Below, one piece after another: positions 1-9,030 of a stretch of 64,000 nt of DNA (position 1 is the stretch's first letter; every line of letters starts with the position of its first letter). Origin of the DNA: a bacterium. GTDB taxonomy: Bacteria; Patescibacteriota; Patescibacteriia; UBA1558; UBA10009. The stretch covers positions 608,977-672,976 of the forward strand of contig JABHGM010000001.1 of assembly GCA_018672055.1 (NCBI GenBank), in the 5' to 3' direction. Below the pieces are notes generated by a model, which saw only the letters and a program-made list of their open reading frames with translations, did no database searches and was not told the DNA's origin. The translations under genes were made by a program, and so were the position numbers.

Positions 1-540
1 AAAAGATGTCCAATTGATTTTTTAGATTTAGAACTTCTTAAATTAAAGAAAATGGGTTTTAAGTATAAAGTGCTTAAAAAATATAAGGCACGTAATAAAA
101 AAACTAACTTAGTAGATATTAAAACATTTCCTTCAGATTTAGTAGCTTTACCTGATAAAATATATGGACGTCCTTATCCTGGACTTAACATTGATAATTT
201 ACCTTTCTTTGTACCAATAGCAACTCAAGCCAAAGGTAGAACTTTTATTCATGATTGGGCATATGAGAATAGATCAATCTATTTTACTGAATTTAATAAA
301 CTAGGCGCTTCAATACAATTAAATGATCAACATAGACTATTTGTAGAAGGACCTACTAAATTAACTGGCACAGAAATAATGTGTCCTTCAGCACTACGTC
401 CGGGAGCTATTTTAATTGTTGGCATGCTAGCAGCTCAAGGTGAGTCTGTTTTAAGGGATGTCTATCAAGTAGAAAGAGGCTATGAAGATTTACATAAACG
501 TTTACTTACTCTAGGAGCTAAAATAGTTAAGAAAGATTAG
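1..540 (+). CDS. murA: UDP-N-acetylglucosamine 1-carboxyvinyltransferase, C-terminal part (5' end outside window)
   Basis: Frame open from base 1; PYPG..D, YENR, LRPGA and ERGYEDLHKRL.TLGAKI match the MurA C-terminus. Confidence 0.88.
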   Translation, partial: KRCPIDFLDLELLKLKKMGFKYKVLKKYKARNKKTNLVDIKTFPSDLVALPDKIYGRPYPGLNIDNLPFFVPIATQAKGRTFIHDWAYENRSIYFTEFNKLGASIQLNDQHRLFVEGPTKLTGTEIMCPSALRPGAILIVGMLAAQGESVLRDVYQVERGYEDLHKRLLTLGAKIVKKD

Positions 541-596
541 TTTTGACTAAATTGATATTTTCTGATAAAATATTGATATTATAATTTACAAAAAGC

Positions 597-1868
597 ATGG
601 AAAGTTACTCAAATTTACCAAGTGGTTACAATTTAAAAAACAAGAAAATAATACTAGGTGTTAGCCTTTTGATCCTCGCGATCATTATTTTTTTTATTGG
701 CTTAGTAGTTGGCTTAAATAAGCAATTAGATTTAGAAAAATCACCTAGTGGAATTCAAGATACAGGTAGAGTACTAAATACCGATGCTTTACCTGAATAT
801 TTAGCTAAAGATGTTAATTTTAAGCTCTTTTGGAAGGTTTGGGATATAATTAGATCTAAGTATATAGATCGTGATCAAATAACTGATGCTCAGCTATTTT
901 ATGGCTCTATGAAGGGTGTAGTAGCTGCTTTAGGCGATCCATATTCTGTATTTTTAGATCCTGTCATATCTGAGGAATTTACTGAGGAGTTATCTGGTAA
1001 GTTTCAAGGTATTGGCGCTGAAATTGGTATGAAACAAGAACGTTTAACTATTATTTCACCTTTACCTGAATCACCAGCAGAAAAAGCCGGTTTAAAGCCA
1101 GGTGATAAGGTAATGGCTATTGATGGTAATGAAACTACAGGTATATCCTTAGATGAAGCTGTTAAGCAGATTAGAGGTGAAAAAGGTACTGAAGTTATTT
1201 TAACTGTGGCTCGTGAAAATGCAGATTCATTTTTAGACATAACTATTACTAGAGATACTATTGATATTAAAAGTGTAGTTTTAGAAATGAAAGATAATAT
1301 TGGATATATTAAATTAACTCATTTTAATCAAGATACAGCGCAAGAGTTTGGTGAAATTGTTAATGAACTTTTAACTAAGTCTCCTAAAGGTGTAATTCTA
1401 GATCTTAGAAATAATGCTGGTGGCTATTTAGACGTAGCTATAGAAATAGCTGGTTATTGGGTAAAAAATGGTGATGTTGTAGTTAAAGAAAGCTTTGGTG
1501 ATGTTGAAATTGATAGAAACTATAATTCAACAGGTCAAGAGCAACTTGCTAGTTATAAGACAGTAGTAATTGTAAATGGCGGTAGTGCTTCAGCCTCAGA
1601 AATTGTAGCTGGTGCTTTACAAGATTTTGAATTAGCTAATGTAGTTGGTGAGGTTACATTTGGTAAAGGTTCTGTACAAGAACTTGAACAATTAAGTGAT
1701 GGTTCATCTGTAAAAATAACAATTGCTCGTTGGTTAACACCATTTGGTAGATCTATTGATAAAGAAGGTGTTGCACCTGATGAGATTGTTGAATTCACTG
1801 AAGAGAATTATGAAAATGAGGAAGATCCACAATTAGATAGAGCTTTAGAAATAATAAATAACGAATAA
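597..1868 (+). CDS. ctpA: S41 family carboxyl-terminal protease with N-terminal TM and PDZ domain
   Basis: GDPYS, GIGAEI (PDZ), DLRNNAGG, SASASEIVAGALQD, TFGKGSVQ motifs. Confidence 0.95.
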   Translation: MESYSNLPSGYNLKNKKIILGVSLLILAIIIFFIGLVVGLNKQLDLEKSPSGIQDTGRVLNTDALPEYLAKDVNFKLFWKVWDIIRSKYIDRDQITDAQLFYGSMKGVVAALGDPYSVFLDPVISEEFTEELSGKFQGIGAEIGMKQERLTIISPLPESPAEKAGLKPGDKVMAIDGNETTGISLDEAVKQIRGEKGTEVILTVARENADSFLDITITRDTIDIKSVVLEMKDNIGYIKLTHFNQDTAQEFGEIVNELLTKSPKGVILDLRNNAGGYLDVAIEIAGYWVKNGDVVVKESFGDVEIDRNYNSTGQEQLASYKTVVIVNGGSASASEIVAGALQDFELANVVGEVTFGKGSVQELEQLSDGSSVKITIARWLTPFGRSIDKEGVAPDEIVEFTEENYENEEDPQLDRALEIINNE

Positions 1869-1870
1869 CT

Positions 1871-2314
1871 ATGAAAGTAATATTAATCGAAGATGTTAAA
1901 AGTTTAGGGGAAAAAGGCGATGTAAAGAATGTAGCTAATGGCTATGCTCGTAATTTTTTAATTCCACAAGGACAAGTTAAGAGAGCTACTAAAGAAAATA
2001 TAGCTGAATTAAATAAGCTAAAAGAGAAAAGTGAAGTAAAGGAAGCTAAAGTATTAAAAAATAAGGTAGAAGTTACTAAGAAGTTAAAAAAAGTAGCTTT
2101 AAATTTTAAAGCTAAGGCTTCAGAGACTGGTCATTTATTTGCAGCTATAAATTCAAAAGATATAGCTTCTGAACTTCTTAAAAAAGGTATTAAAGTTAAA
2201 GCTTCACAATTAGTAATTGATAAGCCTCTTAAAGAAGTAGGTAATAATGAGATAAAAGTTAAAATAAATAATGAAGAAGTGGTTTTAAATATAAAGATTG
2301 AAGCTATTAAATAA
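1871..2314 (+). CDS. rplI: 50S ribosomal protein L9
   Basis: MKVIL..DV..LG..GDV.NVANGYARNFLIP N-terminus. Confidence 0.96.
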   Translation: MKVILIEDVKSLGEKGDVKNVANGYARNFLIPQGQVKRATKENIAELNKLKEKSEVKEAKVLKNKVEVTKKLKKVALNFKAKASETGHLFAAINSKDIASELLKKGIKVKASQLVIDKPLKEVGNNEIKVKINNEEVVLNIKIEAIK

Positions 2315-2315
2315 T

Positions 2316-4007
2316 ATGGGTGATAAAAAAACAAAATACATATTTGTCTCAGGTGGTGTTTTATCAGGGCTTGGTAAAGGTGTTGTTGCTGCTTCACTTG
2401 GTACTCTTCTTCAAAATAGAGGATATAAGATAGGTGTTATTAAATGTGAGAACTATATTAACATAGATTCTGGTACTATTAATCCTATTGAACATGGAGA
2501 TCCTTTTTTATGTGAAGATGGCTTAGAAGCAGATATGGATCTTGGTACTTATGAAAGATTTTTAAATCAAGAAATGGGTCAAAGGAACTTTACTACCATG
2601 GGTCAGATATATAAGACAGTAATTGATAGAGAAAGATCATTTGGTTATAAAGGTGAAGATGTAGAAGCTATACCTCACGTTTCTGATGAAATAATTACTC
2701 GTATTAAAAACGCTGGTGAAGGTAAAGATATTATTATAATAGAACTGGGTGGTACAGCAGGTGAGTATCAAAATATGCTTTACTATGAAGCTTGTCGTAT
2801 TATGAAAGCTAAAATGCCAGGTAGAGTATTAAATATACATGTAAGTTATGTACCAATACCAAATCATATTGGTGAACCCAAAACAATGCCTACTCAATTA
2901 TCTATTAGAACTGTAATGAGTATGGGTATTTTACCTGAATTCTTAGTATTAAGATCAGAAGCTTTAATTGATAAGAGAAGAAAGTATTTATTAGGTTTAA
3001 AAACTAGTGTTGAGGGAGATAATGTAATAATGGCTCAAGATCTAGGCACTATCTATGAATTACCTGTAGTATTTGCTAAACAAGAATTTGATAGAAAAGT
3101 ACTTAAATATTTTAATTTACCACTTAGAACACCTAAACTTGGTGAATGGAATAAGATGGTTAAAAAGATTAAATCAGAAAAAAAGAGAAAGATTAATATA
3201 GTAATTGCTGGTAAATATATTAGTACAGGGGATTATGAATTACTTGATTCATATGCTTCCTTAATTGAGGCTATTCAACATGCTTGTTGGCATTTAAATA
3301 CAGAACTTAATTTAAGATTTGTAAATACTGAAGATATTGAAAAAGAAGGTGTTAAATTAATTAAAAAACCAGATGGTATTATTGTGCCAATTGGTTGGGG
3401 TAATAGGGGAGCTGAAGGTAAAATATCTGCTATTAAATACGCTCGTGAGAAAAAAATACCTTATTTAGGTTTGTGTTATGGTATGCAACTAGCTTGTGTT
3501 GAATTTGCTCGTAACGTAGTTGGTTTAAAAGATGCAAATTCAGTAGAAATGAATCCTGATACTCCGGACCCAATAATTCATGATATTCCTATGAATAGTA
3601 AGTATCAAGTTATAAAAGGTAAAGGAACTTCAATGAGACTTGGTTCATTTGATTGCTATTTAAAAAATAATACATTAGCTTCTTCAGTATATTTAAAGCA
3701 TAATCAAGCTGAAGAATTAAGTGATAATCAAAAAGCTAAAGAAAAAGTAACAGCAGCTGGCAATATTAAAATATCTGAAAGACATAGACATAGATTTGAA
3801 TTTAATAATGAGTATAGAGAAAAGCTAGAAGAAAAAGGTCTAATTATATCTGGTACTTCTCCTGATAACTTCTTTGTTGAAGTAATTGAATTACCTAAAT
3901 CTATGCATCCTTTCTTTATTGCTACACAAGGACATCCAGAGTATAAGTCATCACCACTTAAACCACATCCAATATTTGTTGAATTCCTTCGTGCTGGACT
4001 TAAATAA
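2316..4007 (+). CDS. pyrG: CTP synthase
   Basis: KYIFVSGGVLSGLGKG, GLCYGMQ, ERHRHRFE, QGHPE; start moved to ATG at 2316. Confidence 0.97.
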   Translation: MGDKKTKYIFVSGGVLSGLGKGVVAASLGTLLQNRGYKIGVIKCENYINIDSGTINPIEHGDPFLCEDGLEADMDLGTYERFLNQEMGQRNFTTMGQIYKTVIDRERSFGYKGEDVEAIPHVSDEIITRIKNAGEGKDIIIIELGGTAGEYQNMLYYEACRIMKAKMPGRVLNIHVSYVPIPNHIGEPKTMPTQLSIRTVMSMGILPEFLVLRSEALIDKRRKYLLGLKTSVEGDNVIMAQDLGTIYELPVVFAKQEFDRKVLKYFNLPLRTPKLGEWNKMVKKIKSEKKRKINIVIAGKYISTGDYELLDSYASLIEAIQHACWHLNTELNLRFVNTEDIEKEGVKLIKKPDGIIVPIGWGNRGAEGKISAIKYAREKKIPYLGLCYGMQLACVEFARNVVGLKDANSVEMNPDTPDPIIHDIPMNSKYQVIKGKGTSMRLGSFDCYLKNNTLASSVYLKHNQAEELSDNQKAKEKVTAAGNIKISERHRHRFEFNNEYREKLEEKGLIISGTSPDNFFVEVIELPKSMHPFFIATQGHPEYKSSPLKPHPIFVEFLRAGLK

Positions 4008-4016
4008 TATATTACT
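3972..4016 (+). repeat. 45-bp direct repeat, copy 1 (pyrG 3' end, stop codon and 9 bp downstream)
   Basis: atatttgttgaattccttcgtgctggacttaaataatatattact; 44/45 identical to 5916-5960. Confidence 0.93.
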
Positions 4017-4042
4017 AATATATAATAATTTAGTTAAAAAAT

Positions 4043-5149
4043 ATGGGTAGTGAGCAACCAAAAATTGAGACAATAGAGGGTCAATCAGATAGTAATATAT
4101 CTGAGGAAGATATTAAAAATTTTAAAAAGCCAGAATCACCTGAGCTTGTAGACGAAATGATGGAGAGTGTAACTGAAGATGAGAAAAAAGCACTAATAAA
4201 TATTAACGAACAGCTTCCTAGTAGTGTAAAAGCACAAATTCTTGCAGGAGTTAAAAATAACATTCAAATTTTAAAAGAGTTTGGAAACAATATAGGTGAA
4301 AAGATTGATTGGGACAAAGTAGATAAAAAGAAATTAATTGCTTTAGGCATATATGGAGCTGGTGCATTAATGGGTGGTGTTGCAGATAATGTTGAAGCTG
4401 AAGATTCCAATGATGGACTTGATTCTGATTTTATTAAAGGTACTTTATCATCTTCAATTAGCAATTTTGAACAGATTGATGGATTATCACAGGAAGAGGG
4501 TAGTCTATTTATAAGAAAAGCAATAGCTTTAGCTGAAGTAAATGATATGGATAGATTGAATTATGGATTTGCCGTGAATGAAATGGAATCATGGGTAAAA
4601 TATTCTCATGAAAATAATGTTTCGATGCAACAGTTTGAGTATGGCTTAGATGAGATTGTTGCTAAGTTTTCTGAACCTGAGAATAAAGAAGGTAGTGATG
4701 ATCAAGAATCTGCAGAATTTAATAAATACGAAGACATGACAGCTGATTTACCAGAGACAGGAGAATTAGAGTTTAATGATAATTTTTCTGAATATGAAAA
4801 GATGCAAATACAGGAATACTATGATGTTAATGTAGGGACAGTTAATGAATTGACTAAACTGTTGACAGAATGGGAAGCTAAATATGGATATAAATCTAAT
4901 TTTGCTTCATTTGAAAATAATGTAAAAGATAGGGTAGATTCAATTATTAGTGAATTAAATGATATAAAAGATGGAGTACAGAGATCTGATTATAAAATAG
5001 AAGTAAGTATTAGTAGTGTAGGTGGTAATCCTTCTAGATTGAAAGCTGAAGGAATAATGAATATAGTTGAGGCTAAGAGTCATTTATTAAGTGATAGTGA
5101 AATAATTGAAAAACTTTTTGATGATATGAAAAAAGAGACAGGAAGGTAA
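4043..5149 (+). CDS. Acidic hypothetical protein with one hydrophobic segment
   Basis: 368-aa ORF; LIALGIYGAGALMGGVA segment; followed by terminator. Confidence 0.8.
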   Translation: MGSEQPKIETIEGQSDSNISEEDIKNFKKPESPELVDEMMESVTEDEKKALININEQLPSSVKAQILAGVKNNIQILKEFGNNIGEKIDWDKVDKKKLIALGIYGAGALMGGVADNVEAEDSNDGLDSDFIKGTLSSSISNFEQIDGLSQEEGSLFIRKAIALAEVNDMDRLNYGFAVNEMESWVKYSHENNVSMQQFEYGLDEIVAKFSEPENKEGSDDQESAEFNKYEDMTADLPETGELEFNDNFSEYEKMQIQEYYDVNVGTVNELTKLLTEWEAKYGYKSNFASFENNVKDRVDSIISELNDIKDGVQRSDYKIEVSISSVGGNPSRLKAEGIMNIVEAKSHLLSDSEIIEKLFDDMKKETGR

Positions 5150-5168
5150 TAGTATAAAGATATTTTTT

Positions 5169-5200
5169 AAAAGCTTTATCGCTAATGATAAGGCTTTTTT
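5169..5200 (+). terminator. Intrinsic terminator
   Basis: aaaagctttatc-gctaat-gataaggctttttt hairpin with T run. Confidence 0.75.
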
Positions 5201-5264
5201 GAATATTTTATGCGATTGGTAATTTAATAGCCATAAACTATATTTTCTTTAGTTATTTGTATAT

Positions 5265-5293
5265 TTGACAAAATAATGTAAATATGGTAGTAT
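5265..5293 (+). promoter_or_regulatory. Sigma70-type promoter of the 5352 cassette
   Basis: TTGACA-17 bp-TAGTAT with TG extended -10. Confidence 0.75.
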
Positions 5294-5351
5294 ACAGTAT
5301 TAGGGTAATGCACTTTAATAAATAAACATAGTAAATCAAAAAAGGAAAATA

Positions 5352-5756
5352 ATGAAATATTTTATTTCTATTCTAATAGTTATGGTTAACTTATCTACCA
5401 TAAATGCGCAGAAAGAAACCATGACATGCAATGAGATTCTTAGCTTCACTACAATAATTAACAGGACTATTGAGATTGAAAATAATGAATATAAAATGTA
5501 TGCAATCTTGCAAGTTCCTGTTTCTGAAAACGAGTGGCTTCTTGAGCATGGATATGCTTTAGACGAAATTGTTTATGTAAAAGGGTTTGGTAAAAGTGAT
5601 AATTTAACACTAACAAGAGAAATCGCTACAATGGACGCAAGAGGAAATGCAGCTTGTCTCGGATATGAGGAAATAAGAATCAATCAAACCGTGAAAAAGG
5701 ATTCTTGGCAAAAAAATAAAAGAATGATAGATAAATTATTATTTTGGAGAAAATAA
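5352..5756 (+). CDS. Exported hypothetical protein, weakly LPP20-like
   Basis: Signal peptide ending INA; GFGKSDNLTLTREIATMDAR resembles the LPP20-type G.G.S....A...AR pattern; SD aagga. Confidence 0.65.
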   Translation: MKYFISILIVMVNLSTINAQKETMTCNEILSFTTIINRTIEIENNEYKMYAILQVPVSENEWLLEHGYALDEIVYVKGFGKSDNLTLTREIATMDARGNAACLGYEEIRINQTVKKDSWQKNKRMIDKLLFWRK

Positions 5757-5780
5757 TACGTCATTATTTCAATAATTGTT

Positions 5781-5814
5781 AATCCGGCTAATAAATTTAT
5801 TAGCCGGGTTTTTT
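5781..5814 (+). terminator. Intrinsic terminator
   Basis: aatccggctaataa-at-ttattagccgggtt plus T run. Confidence 0.8.
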
Positions 5815-5897
5815 CTATTAAAAACTGATAAATCTAATTATTATTATGTATTGATATTATATTCATATTATTGTAATATATGTTCATATATAACAAA

Positions 5898-5960
5898 TAA
5901 AATATCTGAAAGACTATATTTGTTGAATTCCTACGTGCTGGACTTAAATAATATATTACT
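5898..5960 (+). pseudogene. Internally deleted duplicate of the pyrG 3' end (contains repeat copy 2)
   Basis: 5898-5914 identical to pyrG 3767-3783 (17 bp), joined to 5916-5960 which matches 3972-4016 at 44/45. Confidence 0.85.
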
Positions 5961-5974
5961 TATATTGAATAATA

Positions 5975-6016
5975 TTGACATTTCACAAAGCTTAAGTTAG
6001 TATATAACTTAAGTTT
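5975..6016 (+). promoter_or_regulatory. Promoter of the 6059 gene with inverted repeat over the -10
   Basis: TTGACA-17 bp-TAGTAT; cttaagtta-gtata-taacttaag inverted repeat. Confidence 0.7.
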
Positions 6017-6058
6017 TCTTACTTATTGATTGTTTAATTATTGTTAAGTTAGTCAAAT

Positions 6059-7861
6059 ATGGAAAATAGTGGTGAAAAATTTTTACACCAAAAAGATCCT
6101 AAATTACACGTTAGTGATTTTGTTGAACACGAGCAATCTAGAAAGAAGAGATCAAGTCAAGAAACATCACAAAAGCCTGTTGATAAGATTTCTGATTGGT
6201 TAGAAGTTATTGAAAAAACTCATATGGGTCATGAAGATGACCCTCGTGTTTTAGAACGTCTTAAAGATTATTATCATAACCAGCATGTTATTAAACCAGA
6301 TGATGTTCCAGAAAGCTATTTTGAAAATCAGAGAAGATTAGCTAGAGAACAAGGGCATGGTGATGTTGAAGTTTCAGATATAGATAAACAACAATTAACT
6401 GAAGCAATTATTTCAGATCAACGTTCTACTCTTGATAATTGGATAAATTATTACACTTCTTCACATTCAGAAAGTTTTCCTACTTGGTCTAAGCATTGGT
6501 CATTTAATGGCATGTTGAAATTATCAAATTATGATAAGGAAAAACATAAATTTAATAAAAGAAGTAAAGATACTGTAGCTCCTTTTCCAGATTTAAATCG
6601 TGAAGCTTTAGCTCATGTAGTTAATGCAATAGTGAAACAAGTTAAAGATGTAAAAGTGAAAGAAGCTAAAGATAAACAAGTTAAAGATGAAGATACACTA
6701 GATATACAGAAGGATCCAGAATTTGAAAAATTACTTCAAGATGCTAATTTTGCTAAACTATATGCTTATGCAATTGAAAAGGTAACTCCTGCTAAGGAAA
6801 GTGAATTATTAAGCACTAAAGGTGAATGGATTAAATATGATAAAGATTCAGATCATATGCCATTAGTTAATTCAATTCAAGGTCATGGTACTGGTTGGTG
6901 TACAGCTGGAGAATCAACAGCTGAAAGTCAGCTAAAAAATGGTGACTTTTTTGTTTATTATTCTCAAGATAAAAAAGGTGATTTTAAGACTCCTAGAGCA
7001 GCTATTAGAATGAATGGTAATGATATAGCTGAAGTTAGAGGTATAGCTCATGAACAAAATTTAGATCCATATATTAATGATACAGTAGACGAAAAATTAA
7101 AAGATTTTCCAAATGGTGAAGCGTATAAAAAGAAAACAGCTGATATGAAAAGATTAACTGAAATTGAAAATATTTTAAAAAAGGGACGAGAATTAGATAA
7201 AAATGATTTGAGATTTTTATATCAAGTTGATGATACAATAGAAGGATTTGGCTATCGTGATGATCCTAGAATAGAAGAAATTATAGAAGAAAGAGATAAA
7301 AAAAGTGATTTATCTCAAATTTTTAATATTGAAAAAAATAAGATTAGTATAACTAAAAATGAAGCGATTAATAACGAAGATATTGTTTATCATTATGGTG
7401 GTCTTTATCTAACCGGCTTAACTTCACTAGAAGGTTTAAAATTACCGGAAACTGTTAATGGTGATTTAGATCTAAGAGGTTTAACTTCAGCAGAAGGTTT
7501 AAGATTGCCAGAAACTGTCAATGGTAATTTAAATCTAAGCGGCTTAACTTCAGCAGAAGGCTTAAAACTACCAGAAACTGTCAATGGTAATTTAAGTCTA
7601 ATCAGCCTAACCTCAGCAGAAGGCTTAAAATTTCCAGAAACTGTCAATGGTAATTTAAATCTAATCAGCTTAACTTCAGCAGATGGTTTAAATCTCCCAG
7701 AAACTGTCAATGGTGGTCTTCATCTAACCGGCTTAACTTCACTAGAAGGCTTAAAACTGCCAGAAACTGTCAATGGTTTTATTTATATAGGAGGCTTAGT
7801 AGAGGCAGAAATATCAGATTTAAAAAAAAGTGATAAAGTTTTCATGGTTAAAGAAGGTTGA
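6059..7861 (+). CDS. Hypothetical protein with PcfJ-like GWCTA core and C-terminal LRR-like repeats
   Basis: 600 aa; GTGWCTAG...AIRM....IAEVRG; six 21-aa GxLxLxxLTSxEGLxLPETVN repeats. Confidence 0.85.
   Translation: MENSGEKFLHQKDPKLHVSDFVEHEQSRKKRSSQETSQKPVDKISDWLEVIEKTHMGHEDDPRVLERLKDYYHNQHVIKPDDVPESYFENQRRLAREQGHGDVEVSDIDKQQLTEAIISDQRSTLDNWINYYTSSHSESFPTWSKHWSFNGMLKLSNYDKEKHKFNKRSKDTVAPFPDLNREALAHVVNAIVKQVKDVKVKEAKDKQVKDEDTLDIQKDPEFEKLLQDANFAKLYAYAIEKVTPAKESELLSTKGEWIKYDKDSDHMPLVNSIQGHGTGWCTAGESTAESQLKNGDFFVYYSQDKKGDFKTPRAAIRMNGNDIAEVRGIAHEQNLDPYINDTVDEKLKDFPNGEAYKKKTADMKRLTEIENILKKGRELDKNDLRFLYQVDDTIEGFGYRDDPRIEEIIEERDKKSDLSQIFNIEKNKISITKNEAINNEDIVYHYGGLYLTGLTSLEGLKLPETVNGDLDLRGLTSAEGLRLPETVNGNLNLSGLTSAEGLKLPETVNGNLSLISLTSAEGLKFPETVNGNLNLISLTSADGLNLPETVNGGLHLTGLTSLEGLKLPETVNGFIYIGGLVEAEISDLKKSDKVFMVKEG
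7397..7798 (+). repeat. Coding tandem repeat, 63-bp unit, six full copies plus a partial seventh
   Basis: Units begin at 7397, 7460 and continue to 7774; partial GFIYIGGL at 7775-7798. Confidence 0.93.
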
Positions 7862-7900
7862 CATTTTATTAAAACTGAGTTAATATATTACTCAGTTTTA
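7858..7900 (+). promoter_or_regulatory. tRNA promoter with perfect 11-bp inverted repeat around the -10 (may also terminate the upstream gene)
   Basis: TTGACA (overlaps TGA stop)-17 bp-TAATAT; taaaactgagt/actcagtttta. Confidence 0.7.
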
Positions 7901-7904
7901 TTGT

Positions 7905-7978
7905 TCGGAGGTCGTCTAACGGTAGGACACCTGGTTTTGGTCCAGGCAATAGGGGTTCGATTCCCTTCCTCCGAGCCA
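7905..7978 (+). tRNA. tRNA-Gln (anticodon TTG)
   Basis: Acceptor stem TCGGAGG/CCTCCGA, anticodon arm cctgg-ttTTGgt-ccagg, GTTCGA T-loop, encoded CCA. Confidence 0.96.
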
Positions 7979-8027
7979 AATAATTTATGCTATAATACTA
8001 GTATATTAATCCACTAATCATTTTTAT

Positions 8028-8093
8028 ATGGCTAAAGGAAATAACTCACACAAAAAAGAGAAAAAGAAACCTAAGAAAAAGGATAAGAAATAG
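8028..8093 (+). CDS. Putative 21-aa lysine-rich small protein MAKGNNSHKKEKKKPKKKDKK
   Basis: Below ORF-track cutoff; TGcTATAAT extended -10 at 7988-7996 and a hairpin/T run at about 8119-8150. Confidence 0.55.
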   Translation: MAKGNNSHKKEKKKPKKKDKK

Positions 8094-8249
8094 ATTATAT
8101 TCTCTTTTTGAGTCAAATAAAAGATCATCTATTAAATTAGGTGATTTTTTGATTTATATTTGAATAATGATTGACTTAGTAGTAATAAGATGATATATTC
8201 ATTTATTGTTCATTTTATTAATCAGTCACAAATTATTTAGGAGACCATA

Positions 8250-8495
8250 ATGAGTGAAAAAAGAGATATGATAGATGGTAAATGGTATAAACTTACACCA
8301 CCATCGGTTATAGGTGGAAAAAGTTATTCTCTTGTTTGCTGTGAGTATAAAGATCTAAATCCAAAGTATCCAAATGATTATATTGTAAAAGGTATATCAG
8401 AAGGTGGAACTGAACTTGAAAGTTTTATCTTACGCTTTGGAGATAAAGGTGTATGTGTAGAACTAGCAGAACCACCAACTCAAGAATCAAATTAA
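8250..8495 (+). CDS. Orphan hypothetical protein (stand-alone cassette)
   Basis: TTGACT-17-TATATT at 8171-8199, SD aggag, own terminator. Confidence 0.75.
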   Translation: MSEKRDMIDGKWYKLTPPSVIGGKSYSLVCCEYKDLNPKYPNDYIVKGISEGGTELESFILRFGDKGVCVELAEPPTQESN

Positions 8496-8520
8496 GAGTA
8501 GCTGAATAAGCTTATTACTT

Positions 8521-8547
8521 AAGACTTCCTTCGGGAGGTCTTTTTTT
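8521..8547 (+). terminator. Intrinsic terminator
   Basis: aagacttcc-ttcg-ggaggtctt plus T run (UUCG tetraloop). Confidence 0.88.
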
Positions 8548-8556
8548 AACCTAAAT

Positions 8557-8592
8557 AAAAAAAACCGTCTTTAATTATCTGACGGTTTTGAT
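8557..8592 (-). terminator. Terminator of cassette family A, copy 1
   Basis: aaaaccgtc...gacggtttt; 8563-8592 is 28/30 identical to 9750-9779. Confidence 0.82.
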
Positions 8593-8615
8593 ATAAATGA
8601 TATTTGATTAAAGTG

Positions 8616-9011
8616 TTACTTTATTACAAATTCAATATTTATCTGGTCCGTAAATTTACCTTTGCTTTCATATAATATTCCAACAGAAATTATTACATTT
8701 TCATTCCAAGCTTTTTCTAAACCTTTAAAAGCTTTATCTGTTATTACAGTATTTGAAAATCCATAATATTCTCTTTGTTCAGTAGTTAGATGAATAGTTA
8801 CATGTCCTTTGTCTATTAACTTGTATACTATATCTAAGTCTATAATAAACTTTTTTAGCATACGAGGTGTAATAACATTTAACATGGTATTGATAGCGTC
8901 TGATTTATCTTTATCTACATCCGTGATTATTTCGCTAATTTTACCAAGCTTTTTTGATCTTTTTTGAATAACATTCATTAAATAATTATTTTGTAATTTA
9001 TCGGTCTCCAT
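8616..9011 (-). CDS. Hypothetical protein, cassette family A member 1
   Basis: Shares TP..LK.FI.D and T...F..LEK.WN.NVII with 9786-10196; SD gagga. Confidence 0.8.
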   Translation of the reverse strand: METDKLQNNYLMNVIQKRSKKLGKISEIITDVDKDKSDAINTMLNVITPRMLKKFIIDLDIVYKLIDKGHVTIHLTTEQREYYGFSNTVITDKAFKGLEKAWNENVIISVGILYESKGKFTDQINIEFVIK

Positions 9012-9030
9012 GATTATTCCTCTTTATTGT

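Noticed and set aside
5776-6000. 74-aa ORF in the track
   Set aside because: Runs through a terminator, promoter and the pyrG remnant; TTG start without SD; likely spurious
7405-7710. Antisense repeat ORF
   Set aside because: Shadow of the coding repeat on the opposite strand
7397-7798. Regular repeats as a possible CRISPR array or DGR template/variable pair
   Set aside because: Units are contiguous in-frame 63-bp coding repeats without unique spacers; variation is not adenine-specific; no cas or reverse transcriptase in the window
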